Origin: a virus
Virus record (IMG/VR): IMGVR_UViG_3300035696_000016
Coordinates: 56,591-120,590 of that record
DNA length: 64,000 nucleotides
Direction: 5' to 3' (one strand)
Shown here: positions 38,149 through 49,297 of the stretch, one piece after another
How the letters are laid out: the number at the start of each line of letters is the position of its first letter
Position numbering within the stretch: the first letter of the stretch is position 1
Notes under the pieces: model-generated
What the model saw: the letters and a program-made list of their open reading frames with translations, nothing else
The model's database searches: none
Told to the model about the DNA's origin: nothing
Translations under genes and position numbers: made by a program

Positions 38149-38982
38149 ATGACAGTAGAAGAAGAAAATATAATTAAAAAATTAAAGCTATCGGTGAGTA
38201 AGGTCAAGACGTTCGATCAGTGTAAGAAAAAATATTATTACACATATGAGATGAAACTCCCAAGGAAAACTTGGGCATTCCATACGCTTGGTAAGTTTGT
38301 TCATTCAGTTTTGGAAGAGTTTCATGGATCTTTTATAAAAGGCTCGGATGAACCGCTAAATGTTGTTATGGGACGAGCATATAAAATTGCCATGAAAGAG
38401 TTTGGAAAATCGATGTCGGAAGAGAGTAAAAAAGAAGCATTTATTATGATTGATGGTTATTTACAAAAAATAACTAATGAAAAACATACATTAAAAGATG
38501 TAATTGCAGTTGAGAAAAATTTTAGTTTTCCTATAACAGATCGTATTATATTAAATGGTATGATTGATAAGATTCAGATTGATCATGACGGTATATTGAG
38601 TGTTGGAGATTATAAGACAACAAAAGATAAAAGATATCTTAAAGATGATTGGCTTCAATTACAGACATACGCATACGTGCTTGCGACCGAGGATCCTTCG
38701 ATAAGAGAAATCCGAGGCTCGTATATATTAGTTCGTCATAATTTTGAGCGTATCGAAAAAGTTTTTAATATAAATGAGATTATGGAAATAAAAGATCAAT
38801 TCGAGACTTACGCAAAAGACATAGAAGACGAACAATTATGGGAAGCGACCCCAAGCAAATTGTGCTCATATTGTGATTTTATTGATCGGTGTGATCAAGG
38901 AAAAGATTTTCTGGCTAAAAATAGCAGAAATTATAATGTATTTAGCCATAATAATCAGGATCATGGTGAAATTAAGTGGTAA
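38149..38982 (+). CDS. PD-(D/E)XK Cas4/RecB-like exonuclease
   Basis: LSVSK..TF.QC, G.IDKI, DYKT, QL..YA, C-terminal CSYCDF..RC. Confidence 0.88.
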   Translation: MTVEEENIIKKLKLSVSKVKTFDQCKKKYYYTYEMKLPRKTWAFHTLGKFVHSVLEEFHGSFIKGSDEPLNVVMGRAYKIAMKEFGKSMSEESKKEAFIMIDGYLQKITNEKHTLKDVIAVEKNFSFPITDRIILNGMIDKIQIDHDGILSVGDYKTTKDKRYLKDDWLQLQTYAYVLATEDPSIREIRGSYILVRHNFERIEKVFNINEIMEIKDQFETYAKDIEDEQLWEATPSKLCSYCDFIDRCDQGKDFLAKNSRNYNVFSHNNQDHGEIKW

Positions 38983-39128
38983 ATATATTATCCTAATTTT
39001 TTAATTGTGTGGAATAAATTAAATTTACGACCATTGTCCGCAAAACAGAATATAATAGAGGGTTCTACAAGAGCTCGACACGAAAAGAAAAATATAAAAA
39101 AATCTAAATAAAATAGAAAGATATAACA

Positions 39129-40370
39129 ATGCAAATCCAATTACAAGAAACTGAATATTGCAAAATCCTCGTTCAAGTTGAAGTTGATCAAAACGAAATT
39201 AATGAAAAACGTAATGAAGTAATAGCTAAGTTTAAAGGATATAAGGTTCCTGGATTTAGAAAAGGTCGCGCTTCATTAGAAGCAATTAAAATTCATTACA
39301 AAAAAGAAATACAAAACACTCTAACTCAAAAGCTTGCTGAGTATGCAGTGGAAAATACATTGGCAGAAAATAATGTTAAACCGTTTGGTCGCCCACAATT
39401 CACACAAGTTAAATTAGATAATAATAAATTTAATTGTGAGTTTTCTCTTCATAAACTGCCAGATTTTGAACTTGGTGCTTATAAAGATTTTGAGATTCCA
39501 AAACCTGCAGCACCAATATCGGCAGATGAGTTGTCATCAAAAATGCTTCAAGAGTTGCGTGATAAAAATGGAATAACTAAAGCGTATGATGAAAATGATG
39601 TTGTTCAAATGGGTGATAATGTTATTATTGATTACCAAGCATATAAAGACGGATATGCGATTGAAGATTTTAAAAACTCAGGAGAACTAATTAATGTTGG
39701 TAAAATTGGTATTCCGGGATTTAGTGAAAATATTCTTGGAATGAAAGTTGGTGAAACAAGAGAGTTTGAGCTATTGTTTGATGCAAAAATTAAACCTGAA
39801 TATAATAATACAATAATTAAATTCGAAGTTAAATTACATATGGGATCTAAGGTATCACCAGCAGCATTAGATAACGATTTAGCTAAAATATCTGGAACAG
39901 AATCATTGGATAAATTAATTGAAGCAGTTAACTCTATGGCAAATAATAGAGTTAAGGAGCTAGAAAAATCTGGTATCATTGATCAAATTACAAAAAGATT
40001 AATTGCAGGACATGATTTTAAGGTTCCTGATTGGATTAGCGTTGCGGAAGCACAAGTAAATGCACGCAACAATAACAAAGATTGGGCATCTATTCAAGAT
40101 AATGAAAAAGAGTTATTTATAAAATCAGCAGAAGATAATATTAGACTATCATTGATTTTAGATAAGATTAGGGAAGATGAACCTGAGGCGCAATTAACTC
40201 AAGAAGAATTATTGAAAATAGCCCTAACGAATCTACAACAACATACACAAGAACCACAAAAGGTATTCGAGGAGCTGTATAAGAACGGTCAGCTTGGTCT
40301 TTTTCTAAATAGAATCAAGGATGAATATACATTAGATTTTTTGAGTAAAAATTGTAAAATAATTGAATAA
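39129..40370 (+). CDS. tig: trigger factor
   Basis: PGFRKGR ribosome-binding loop, GD.V.IDY, IPGF...ILGMKVGE FKBP domain. Confidence 0.92.
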   Translation: MQIQLQETEYCKILVQVEVDQNEINEKRNEVIAKFKGYKVPGFRKGRASLEAIKIHYKKEIQNTLTQKLAEYAVENTLAENNVKPFGRPQFTQVKLDNNKFNCEFSLHKLPDFELGAYKDFEIPKPAAPISADELSSKMLQELRDKNGITKAYDENDVVQMGDNVIIDYQAYKDGYAIEDFKNSGELINVGKIGIPGFSENILGMKVGETREFELLFDAKIKPEYNNTIIKFEVKLHMGSKVSPAALDNDLAKISGTESLDKLIEAVNSMANNRVKELEKSGIIDQITKRLIAGHDFKVPDWISVAEAQVNARNNNKDWASIQDNEKELFIKSAEDNIRLSLILDKIREDEPEAQLTQEELLKIALTNLQQHTQEPQKVFEELYKNGQLGLFLNRIKDEYTLDFLSKNCKIIE

Positions 40371-40398
40371 AACAAAAAGAAAGAAATAGGTAAATAAA

Positions 40399-40686
40399 AT
40401 GAGTGATGATAAAGAGTTTCCTGCTAAATTATTAAAAAAGTTGTCTCCTGAATTCGTTGATGCAATCAATGGCATGTCAGATGACGAAATAAAGGCCCGT
40501 ATTCTAACATGTGAAGGTAATTTATATGAGATTGCTGCCGCTAAACAAAATGATGAAAAGTTGAATGCAGCAAAAGAAATTGTAAAAGATCTCTCTAAAC
40601 CATATGCAGAAAGTAAGGCAAGCGAGAACGCAAAGATCCAGTTTGCTATTTTTACACTCGAAAGTCGTGGTATTAATTTAAATTAG
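40399..40686 (+). CDS. hypothetical protein
   Basis: AGGT SD-like sequence, 95-aa ORF. Confidence 0.65.
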   Translation: MSDDKEFPAKLLKKLSPEFVDAINGMSDDEIKARILTCEGNLYEIAAAKQNDEKLNAAKEIVKDLSKPYAESKASENAKIQFAIFTLESRGINLN

Positions 40687-40689
40687 TCT

Positions 40690-41034
40690 ATGAGTATAGA
40701 TAGAAAATCATTAATTGATAAAAGATTTATTCCACTAATTATTAGTGTATTAAATTGGAATAAAGTTAATAATGCAAATCTATCAAGTTTAGCATTGTTT
40801 AAAACCATTGTTATGTTTATAACAATGAATACAGAAGAGATGCAAAACCATATAGGGACAGTTGTTATTGAAAACGGTGATTATAACGATTATTTTATAG
40901 TAGTAGATGATGTTAAACAAAATATAAATGAGTATAGGTGTCTATTAATATCAACTATAGATACAATAATAAAAGATTTTTCAGAATTTAAATGTTTATG
41001 GGAAAATAAAGATAAATATATAATATTGGTATAG
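40690..41034 (+). CDS. hypothetical protein with C-terminal tag
   Basis: Ends NKDKYIILV*. Confidence 0.65.
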   Translation: MSIDRKSLIDKRFIPLIISVLNWNKVNNANLSSLALFKTIVMFITMNTEEMQNHIGTVVIENGDYNDYFIVVDDVKQNINEYRCLLISTIDTIIKDFSEFKCLWENKDKYIILV

Positions 41035-41035
41035 T

Positions 41036-41326
41036 ATGACAACAATTAAAAAAACCATACTCAACACTGCCTCTTGTAGTAAGTGTAATAAAGGACAAAC
41101 TCTATTAGAGTTAGGTGTTTCATTAGATAAAAAACATCTTTCATTTTTTCTAAATACAAAATTTTTAGAAAATAAAACCTATACTAATCTTGGGCTATTC
41201 TATATAGAAAGCCTCGATCTTACTGCAATCGGCCCGTTTGGTTCGAATAGACTTAATATAAAATGTAAAACTGCCAATTGTGAGAATAATATCATAGAGT
41301 TAGAAGATATTTTGAAACAAATATAA
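41036..41326 (+). CDS. hypothetical protein
   Basis: 96-aa ORF with CxxC. Confidence 0.6.
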   Translation: MTTIKKTILNTASCSKCNKGQTLLELGVSLDKKHLSFFLNTKFLENKTYTNLGLFYIESLDLTAIGPFGSNRLNIKCKTANCENNIIELEDILKQI

Positions 41327-41342
41327 ATAAAAAGGAATTCAT

Positions 41343-41978
41343 ATGAAGGATGTAAAAGAAAAAGATGCATCAGATTATGAATTAATTTTTATGTCTTTTC
41401 ACGAATCGGCACATACGATAGTTGCTCTTCATAATTTTTTTCAAGTGTATTATGTTAATGTTAGAGATGATGTTGTAAAAGATGGAAGTTCATTATGGTA
41501 TACATCCTATAGAATAGGCGATTCAGAATTAAAAAAAACAATTTTATTATTAGAAATACAAGTAGAATATGCAGGAGTACTTGGTGAGAGGATAGTTCAT
41601 AAAGATTTAACTGGCTCGCAAAAACTTCCAATGAATCTCCGCGTTGGGGTATCATATGATATTAAATTAGCTTCTAATACTATTAGAAATAATAATCTTG
41701 CCGAGCCCGGTAAAGATACAGCTAATTTTAAAAAAAATATTCAGAAGAAAACTGAAAAGATTTTGTTAGAGTATTGGGATGACGTTAAGTTGTTAGCTCA
41801 TACATTGTATGATAAAAGAAAATTACAATATTTAGAGTTAAAAAATCTTTTAGTGCGAAAATCTAAAAATAAAAAGTTTTGGAAAGATAGATTTTCTAAA
41901 ATAGAGCGTATATACGTATATGATGGAAATAATCATCCAGATGATAATGTTATTAAAAAAATTATATTAAATAAATAG
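41343..41978 (+). CDS. M41/FtsH-protease-domain-like zinc metallopeptidase (no AAA domain)
   Basis: FHESAH..VA, AG..GE, G.S.DI, V..LA..L. Confidence 0.75.
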   Translation: MKDVKEKDASDYELIFMSFHESAHTIVALHNFFQVYYVNVRDDVVKDGSSLWYTSYRIGDSELKKTILLLEIQVEYAGVLGERIVHKDLTGSQKLPMNLRVGVSYDIKLASNTIRNNNLAEPGKDTANFKKNIQKKTEKILLEYWDDVKLLAHTLYDKRKLQYLELKNLLVRKSKNKKFWKDRFSKIERIYVYDGNNHPDDNVIKKIILNK

Positions 41979-42029
41979 TATATCTATGCAATTTTATTTA
42001 GAAATTTAGCGATATTTTGGTATATTTTT

Positions 42030-42890
42030 ATGACGAAAATATGTAAAGAATGTGGTAAAGAAAAAGAAACTACAGAGTTTTATGTCGCTAAATCTAATAA
42101 AGACGGGCTTACTTCCAAATGTAAAATATGCAGGGCAATTAGTGATAAAGAATATCGTGAAAATAATAAAGAAAAATTGTCTGAAAGAGCAAAGATTTAT
42201 TATAAAGAAAATACAGAATCGATCTTGATAAGGGTAAAAGAATATAACAAAGATCGCGTGGAAGAGAAGGCTGAATATGATAAAAAATATCGCGAAGAAA
42301 ATGAAGAAAAATTAAAAGAACGCTCAAAAGTATATTATAAAGAAAATAAAATATATTTAATCGAATATCAAAAAGAATATCGTGAAGAAAACAGAGAAAA
42401 GTTGGCCGAATATCATTCATACTATTGGCAAGAAAATCAAAAAGAACTAACAGAATATAGCAAGGAATATCAAAAAAGTAAAAGAAAAACAGATCCTATA
42501 TATAAATTGATGAAAAATGTATCCAGATCTATAGCATTTATATTAAAAACTGCGGGTTCATCAAAGAATGAGGTTTCTTCTAAAATAAAGGTTCCGTTCA
42601 ATGGTGAGGAATTAATGAAACACTTAGAAAGTCAATTTAATCTTCCAGAAAATTTAACACCAGACGGTAGAGTTTGGATGACCAGAAATAATCAAGGTGC
42701 GTATAATAAAAAATATTTTGATGAAAAAAATCCATTGACTTGGACTTGGCATATAGATCATATTATTCCGCAATCAAAATTAAAGTTTGATAGTTATGAT
42801 CATCCTAATTTTCTAAAATGCTGGTCATTAGAAAATTTAAGACCGCTTCGAGCAGATTTAAATATTAAAAAAAGTAATAAGATTCTATAA
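42030..42890 (+). mobile_element. free-standing HNH homing-type endonuclease upstream of dnaE
   Basis: CKEC..CKIC, YxEENKE repeats, WHIDHIIP..NLRPL...N. Confidence 0.82.
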
Positions 42891-42926
42891 AATTACAATT
42901 TAGAAAGTAGTGGTTAAACTTATAAA

Positions 42927-45900
42927 ATGAATAAGTTCTGCAGCCTCCATAATTATTCTCACTTCAGTCTTCTTCAATCACTAATATCTCCAAAAGATTT
43001 ATTTACACGGGCAAAAGATCTCGGTCAATCAGCCGTCGCTATAACTGACAGTGGTTCGTTAGCTGCGAGTTGGGATGCATTAAAGGCATCAAGAGAAACC
43101 GGTGTAAAACTTGTGATTGGATGTGAATTTTATTTTCGTGATTCAAATGAAAACAAAGAACAGCGTCCAAGATTTATTGTTTTAATAGCTAAAAATTATA
43201 CTGGATATCAAAATCTTCTTCATCTAAATAAAGATGGTTTTGATAACCCCGTTATTATTACAAAAAAAGTATTCCCATGTATAGATTGGAATCTTTTAAG
43301 AAAATATTCAGACGGCATCATATGTTTAACCGGATGCGCTAATGGTATTATTGGACAGTTAATTAATAATAAAAACTTCGATGAGGCTGAAAGTTCATTA
43401 AAGAAATTAGTTGATATCTATGGAAATAATCTTGGTGTTGAGGTTCAGACACATAATTTAGTTCGTCAACCAAATAATTATACAATAGGTATAAATCAAC
43501 AATTTACAAATGCGCATGCCATAAGACTTGCAGAAAAATTGAAATTAAGAGTTGTGCCAACGAACTCAGCAAGATATTTAAAACGAGAGCAGGCTAAAAT
43601 TGAAGACGCATTGCTTGCGATCGGATCAATGCAACCCACGTATTCTAATGCACGATTAAAGTTTGATACAAGCGATATGTATTTAAAATCATATGATGAA
43701 GTAAAAGCGTTCTTTTCAAGAAATTATAATGAAGAGTTTGCTGATAAAATATGTGAAAATACAATTTATTTTTCAGATTTATGTGAAAAACCAGATTGGA
43801 TTGAGCCGAAGTTTTCCAATCCCGGTGGTAAAGAACTTCCGGTATTTCCTCTTAAAGATGAAAAAGACTATCCTGAATTTTGTGAATGGATGCAGAAGCA
43901 ATCAAATGAAAGAAAAGCATTAGATGAAGATAAAAACTTCCTTAGATTTAGATGTGAAAAAGAATTAGTTAGAACGGGACTAAAATATAAAGAAGAATAT
44001 GTAAAACGGTTCGAAGAAGAGTTAGATGTTTTATATTATTGTGGAACCAGTTCATATATTTTAATTACAGCAGATTTTATGAATTGGGCAAGAAATAATG
44101 GCGTTTCCGTTGGGCCTGGTCGTGGTAGCGCAGGTGGTTCCCTCGTAGCATATTTACTTGGTATTCATATAGCCGATCCTATAAAATACAAATTAGTATT
44201 CGAAAGGTTTTTTAGTAAAAAACGAACATCATTCGCAGATATAGATAATGATATATCAAAAGAAAAACGAGAACTGGTAATTGATTATATTATAAAAAAA
44301 TATGGTAAAGATAAGTTTGCACAAGTAAATAATTTTATTTATATAACGCCAAAAGTTTATGTAAAAGATTTATGTAGGTCATTGGAATTGGGCGGGGATC
44401 GTAAAAATGCAGTGAAACTTGGAGCAGATATATCTGCTATTATTCCAGATAAAATTGATAACGTTCCATTGAGATACTGGAAAGATGCAATAAAACATGC
44501 ACCAGTATTGTCTGAGTATATAAAAAGATATCCGCAAATAGACGAATATAAAATTATATGTGAAAAACCTCGTGCTAATGGTGTTCATGCTTCTGGTATT
44601 GTGATATCAAATCGACCAGTATCACAGGTTGTTCCGATAAGGGTAGATAAAGATAATATTACATCAATACAGTTGGATAAAGATAGGGCAGAAGAAGCTG
44701 GTATCGTTAAAATAGATATTCTTGGATTGGAAACATTAGATATAATAGAAAAAACTAATGAGTTAATAAAACAAGGTGGCAAGCAGGTTCCAAAAGTAGA
44801 TTATGAGGCGTATGATAAAAAAACATATGATCTTATAACATCTGGCAATACGTTTGGTGTTTTCCAGTTCGGAACTTCTGCTGGAACAATAGATTTATGT
44901 AAAAAAATAAAGCCAAAGAGTATAGACGATCTTGCAATCATAACTACGCTCGCTCGTCCAGCCTCAAAAGAAATTAGAGAAGATTTTATTCAGGTAAGGG
45001 AAAATAAAAAAGAGAAAAAATTATTACATCCAAGTCTTGAAAATGCATTAAAACATACGTATGGTTTTCCGTTATATGATGAAAGTCTATTAATACTTGC
45101 AAAGGATGTTGCTGGCTGGGAACTTGATGAAGCCGATAAATTGAGAAAACTAACAAAAGAAAAAGGAAAGAATCCCGAGAAAGCTGAAAAGTGGAGACAA
45201 GAGTTCATCGCCGGAGCGGAAAAGAATAAGATACCAAGTAAAACTGCCATAAAAATATGGCACGAGATCATTGAGCCATTCGGTAAATATAGTTTTAATT
45301 GTTCTCACGCAGTTTTATATTCGATGATATCTTTTCACACAGCATATCTGAAAGCTCATTTTCCAACAGAGTTCTTGCTTGCAAATCTAATGTATGAGGT
45401 TCGTTCAACAAATGCAAAGGTAGCAAAAAAGAATATAGAAAAAATAAAACAAGAAATTAGAAAATCTGGTATTCGTATAGATAAGCCAAATATAAATAAA
45501 TCTGGTATAACATATCAAATACAAAAAGATGGATCATTGCTAACTGGGCTGGAAGCTATTAAGAATGCGGGAAATGATCCGATAGAAGATATAATGTTAA
45601 AGCGTCCATTCACAAGTTTTGATGATTTTATGATTAGATCTGATTCATCAAAAATGAGATCTAATACTATCCAAGCACTTGCCATTAGCGGATGTTTTGG
45701 TGAATTTAATATTCCTAGACATTTAATTTATTTATATTGTAGTGATTATAAGAAAAAATTACAAGTATGGTTAAAAAAACATGATCCCAAAGTTGAGAAG
45801 TTTGAATATGCTTGGCCAGTTGAAAAAGAATGGGAATTACCAGAGTTATATGCACTGGAAATACAGTGTATGGGTGAAGCGTTTGTTTGTAGAAAAGATA

Positions 45901-46436
45901 AAGCGTTTGGTAATGGTAATTTTTTTGATGGAAAATCAACAAAAATAAAAGATATTAAATTACTAGAAGATAAAACACAGATACAATCAATTAAGGCGGA
46001 AATAAAAGATATTTTTGTGTTGAAAGTTAAAAAAGAAACATCAAAATATCTTGGTCAAGATATGCTCAAATGTATGTGTGAGGACGAATATGGTGATCAA
46101 ATAAGTTTAACGATTTTTCCAAAGACCTTAATAGAAGTTAAAGATCGTATAAAATATTTAAGTGGTGGTAGATATAAGTTCGAAGAAGGAATTGCAATAC
46201 ATTTTTCTGGATCGGTAAATCATTATATGGATGATATAGGAATTGTGCTTGAAAACATTCATACGTCTTGTCCCCCGCCAGCCGTCCCAAAAAACTTGAA
46301 GGCAAAGAAAACAGTTAAGAAGATATCAATAATTGATTCTAATAAAAAAGATACTAATGATTTAAATGATTTAATGAGTGATATTGAAGATGATCTTTTT
46401 AACGAAGGATTGATAGATTTAGACGATGAAGATTAA
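42927..46436 (+). CDS. dnaE: DNA polymerase III alpha subunit
   Basis: PHP domain, GPGRGSAGGS, DIDND, HASG, KIDILGL, GVFQF, YSFNCSHA. Confidence 0.96.
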   Translation: MNKFCSLHNYSHFSLLQSLISPKDLFTRAKDLGQSAVAITDSGSLAASWDALKASRETGVKLVIGCEFYFRDSNENKEQRPRFIVLIAKNYTGYQNLLHLNKDGFDNPVIITKKVFPCIDWNLLRKYSDGIICLTGCANGIIGQLINNKNFDEAESSLKKLVDIYGNNLGVEVQTHNLVRQPNNYTIGINQQFTNAHAIRLAEKLKLRVVPTNSARYLKREQAKIEDALLAIGSMQPTYSNARLKFDTSDMYLKSYDEVKAFFSRNYNEEFADKICENTIYFSDLCEKPDWIEPKFSNPGGKELPVFPLKDEKDYPEFCEWMQKQSNERKALDEDKNFLRFRCEKELVRTGLKYKEEYVKRFEEELDVLYYCGTSSYILITADFMNWARNNGVSVGPGRGSAGGSLVAYLLGIHIADPIKYKLVFERFFSKKRTSFADIDNDISKEKRELVIDYIIKKYGKDKFAQVNNFIYITPKVYVKDLCRSLELGGDRKNAVKLGADISAIIPDKIDNVPLRYWKDAIKHAPVLSEYIKRYPQIDEYKIICEKPRANGVHASGIVISNRPVSQVVPIRVDKDNITSIQLDKDRAEEAGIVKIDILGLETLDIIEKTNELIKQGGKQVPKVDYEAYDKKTYDLITSGNTFGVFQFGTSAGTIDLCKKIKPKSIDDLAIITTLARPASKEIREDFIQVRENKKEKKLLHPSLENALKHTYGFPLYDESLLILAKDVAGWELDEADKLRKLTKEKGKNPEKAEKWRQEFIAGAEKNKIPSKTAIKIWHEIIEPFGKYSFNCSHAVLYSMISFHTAYLKAHFPTEFLLANLMYEVRSTNAKVAKKNIEKIKQEIRKSGIRIDKPNINKSGITYQIQKDGSLLTGLEAIKNAGNDPIEDIMLKRPFTSFDDFMIRSDSSKMRSNTIQALAISGCFGEFNIPRHLIYLYCSDYKKKLQVWLKKHDPKVEKFEYAWPVEKEWELPELYALEIQCMGEAFVCRKDKAFGNGNFFDGKSTKIKDIKLLEDKTQIQSIKAEIKDIFVLKVKKETSKYLGQDMLKCMCEDEYGDQISLTIFPKTLIEVKDRIKYLSGGRYKFEEGIAIHFSGSVNHYMDDIGIVLENIHTSCPPPAVPKNLKAKKTVKKISIIDSNKKDTNDLNDLMSDIEDDLFNEGLIDLDDED

Positions 46437-46496
46437 TATGAAAAATCCTATAAAATAGGTATATTTTAGCATATTTTTGAGGTAAAATGGAAGAAA
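46436..46496 (+). repeat. 61-bp HNH leader (other copy at 23950-24010)
   Basis: Contains CCTAT-AAA-ATAGG hairpin, mini-ORF MKNPIK*, late-type motif and GAGG SD. Confidence 0.85.
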
Positions 46497-47479
46497 TTAA
46501 ATTGAAGAAATGTAGTAAGTGTGGTGAAGAAAAAGAGGAAAGTGATGAGTTTTTCCCTTGGCGAAAAGATTCAAATAAATTTAGGAATGAGTGTAAAATA
46601 TGTATTGCTCAAAAACTTAAAATATACAGAGAAGAAAATAAAGAAAGTCTGGTAGAAAAAGCAAAAATATATGTATTAGAAAATAAAGAAAAAATAGCAA
46701 AAGTTAAAAAAATATATACGGAAAATCATAAAGGAGAAAGAGATGAATATAATAAAAATTATTATGAAGAAAATAGAGAAGAAATATTAAAAAAAGAAAG
46801 TCTTCGTTATGAACAAAATAAAGATGAAAAATTAAAATATGCCAAAGAGTATAGAGATAATCTTACCATAGATCAGAAAAAAGAATTATTAAGAAAAGCG
46901 AATGAGCGAGAGAAGAATAGGAGAAAAACAGATCCTATTTTTAAATGTAGAAAAGATATATCAAAAATAGTATTAATAATGTTAAAAAGTCAAGGTTCTT
47001 CTAAAAACGGCGTTTCATCAAAATCAAAGTTTCCATTTACAGCAGAAGAGTTATGGCAACATTTACAGAGTCTTTTCACTCATCCTGATAGCCTTGGGCC
47101 AAAAGGTGAAGTATGGATGACGAAGGATAATCACGGAAAATATATTAAGAGTCAGTGGGATGATAAAGATCCTATAACATGGAAATGGCAAATAGACCAT
47201 ATAAATCCGCAATCAGATTACCCTTATGATAGTATGGATCATCCTAATTTTTTAATCGTGTGGGATCTTTCTAATCTTAGACCGCTATCGGCAAAAAGAA
47301 ATCATGATGAAGGCGTAAATCGAATACGGCATAAAAATAAAAATCAAAAAGTTTTAACGACCGATATAGTAGATAAAAAAGAAGACGTGAATGATATTGA
47401 TGGTATGATCAGCGACATAGAAGATGATCTTTTTGAAGAAGGTTTAATTGATTTAGATGATGAAGAAAACGATAATTAA
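46487..47479 (+). mobile_element. HNH homing-type endonuclease carrying a duplicate of the DnaE C-terminus
   Basis: CSKC..CKIC, WQIDHINP..NLRPL; ends SDIEDDLFEEGLIDLDDE like DnaE. Confidence 0.85.
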
Positions 47480-47488
47480 AGGGATATA

Positions 47489-48703
47489 ATGATTAAATTT
47501 ATAAAAAATGTAGTCGATGTTGTTAAAAGTTTTATTAATGATGATCTTGATGGTGATTATAGTATAAATGAACCGTCAAAAAAAGATATCGAATCTTTTA
47601 AAGAAGTTTTTGCTGAGGCTTCCAAGGATCCTGATTTTAGAATGTATGCACATGGGTCTGATCTTGATCAGAAAAATGTAATCATAGGTTCTTCCAGAGT
47701 TCCAGATAAAAGTATTTTTAATAAAAAAATTACTGATGTTAAAACAGATCAGTGTTTAACAGAGCAATTACAAGAATGTATTGAATCAGCTGATAAATCA
47801 GTTGGCACTATTTTCGATAGAATGTATGGAAATAAAGATTTAGACATTCCAGAAGTTGTAATCGAAAAAGCATCGGAAGATTTTCAGCAAAAAATACGTA
47901 ATAATACAGATCATATTGCAAAGCAAATGAATAATTTAGGTTATGAAATCTATACGTTCGCAGATATAAAAAAAGAGATAAAGGCTGGTAAGATAGATCT
48001 ATATCATTATAATCCTAATGAAACAGCTAACTCAATGAATGAATTAATTAATATTGCAAATGATTTACAAAAAAATGATCTTTCCGAAATAAAAAGTATT
48101 ATATCTGATCTAAGTGAAAAATTAACACATTGTAATAAATGGTTGCTTGATCTAAATAATAAAATATCTGATTATGAAAATAGAGATGTTTTACAGGCAG
48201 TTTTAGAAAGACCAGATAACGGCGGATATGGTGTAAATCTCCCATTAGAAGTTCTCGAAAATGTTAGCGATGAAGAGTTTTTTAAAAACAAGGATATTCC
48301 AGATGTTCTTTTAGCTAATGTGGAAAATCATAAACCTACATCAATTAATGATGTTAGTGATGCATTTAACGTAATTGCTTCGAGCGTTAGTGGAAAATTG
48401 TATGATAATAATCTTAAAACTGCACTTGATGTAATTGTTTCTAGTGTTAGTCAAAAATTATATGAGCGCGACGAGTATGATATAGATTTAAAGTATGAAT
48501 CTAATATGAAAAAAGAACAAGAAGAGGCATTGCGAAAATTTAAAGAAATGCATCAGCAAGCAACGCTATCACCAAATGTTGGTAAATTTAAATCAACACA
48601 AAATAGAAAATCAGGACCATCAAAATCAGGCGTTAAGGGTAGCAAGAAAACCGTAGTAAAAAAGACTAAAAAAACCAGTAAGTCAAAGTCTAAGAAAGTA
48701 TAA
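47489..48703 (+). CDS. hypothetical acidic protein with Lys-rich C-terminal tail
   Basis: 404-aa ORF ending KKTKKTSKSKSKKV. Confidence 0.7.
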   Translation: MIKFIKNVVDVVKSFINDDLDGDYSINEPSKKDIESFKEVFAEASKDPDFRMYAHGSDLDQKNVIIGSSRVPDKSIFNKKITDVKTDQCLTEQLQECIESADKSVGTIFDRMYGNKDLDIPEVVIEKASEDFQQKIRNNTDHIAKQMNNLGYEIYTFADIKKEIKAGKIDLYHYNPNETANSMNELINIANDLQKNDLSEIKSIISDLSEKLTHCNKWLLDLNNKISDYENRDVLQAVLERPDNGGYGVNLPLEVLENVSDEEFFKNKDIPDVLLANVENHKPTSINDVSDAFNVIASSVSGKLYDNNLKTALDVIVSSVSQKLYERDEYDIDLKYESNMKKEQEEALRKFKEMHQQATLSPNVGKFKSTQNRKSGPSKSGVKGSKKTVVKKTKKTSKSKSKKV

Positions 48704-48705
48704 CA

Positions 48706-49296
48706 ATGAAATGTAATTCTTGTAGTGAAGAGGTTCTCGCTAAGTTTCAATACGCTATATCTACTAATTCGTGTCCTTATTGTGGAGGGCAAATCGTAGA
48801 TCCAAATGTTCAAATCATCATCAATGATCTCAAAGCCGTTCTCAATAAGGCAAGCGAGCATATGGATCAAATAGAAGACTGGTTATTTACTAATTTTCAG
48901 CTTCGTAAATTAAAGGAAGATGAAGTTGTAATTAATAAAAACGAACTTCCTGCAACAGTTAGAGATGAAGAACGACAGCAAGGCAAGGGCAAAGGCGTAA
49001 ATGTTCGTAGGTCAAGGGATGGCGACGAAGATGAGGGTGTCTCCCTATCGCCAAAGAAGGCTATTGATATAATTAGGGGTAAGGCATCATCAGGGTTGGC
49101 TGACCCAAGTGAGTTCCGCGGTGTTGATGATGAAGGTAATGAAATAGATCTTGGATCAGAAGCTGGTGAGGGATTAGACAGAGGAGAGCTTGGGCAGATG
49201 TCAAATCTTTTTGGTGATGGAATACAATTAGATCCAAAAGAGAGCGCTCGTGCTGATGCTCATTTACAAAAACTGAAAAGTATGCGACGAGGATAA
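48706..49296 (+). CDS. zinc-ribbon protein
   Basis: CNSC...CPYCG N-terminus. Confidence 0.65.
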   Translation: MKCNSCSEEVLAKFQYAISTNSCPYCGGQIVDPNVQIIINDLKAVLNKASEHMDQIEDWLFTNFQLRKLKEDEVVINKNELPATVRDEERQQGKGKGVNVRRSRDGDEDEGVSLSPKKAIDIIRGKASSGLADPSEFRGVDDEGNEIDLGSEAGEGLDRGELGQMSNLFGDGIQLDPKESARADAHLQKLKSMRRG

Positions 49297-49297
49297 T

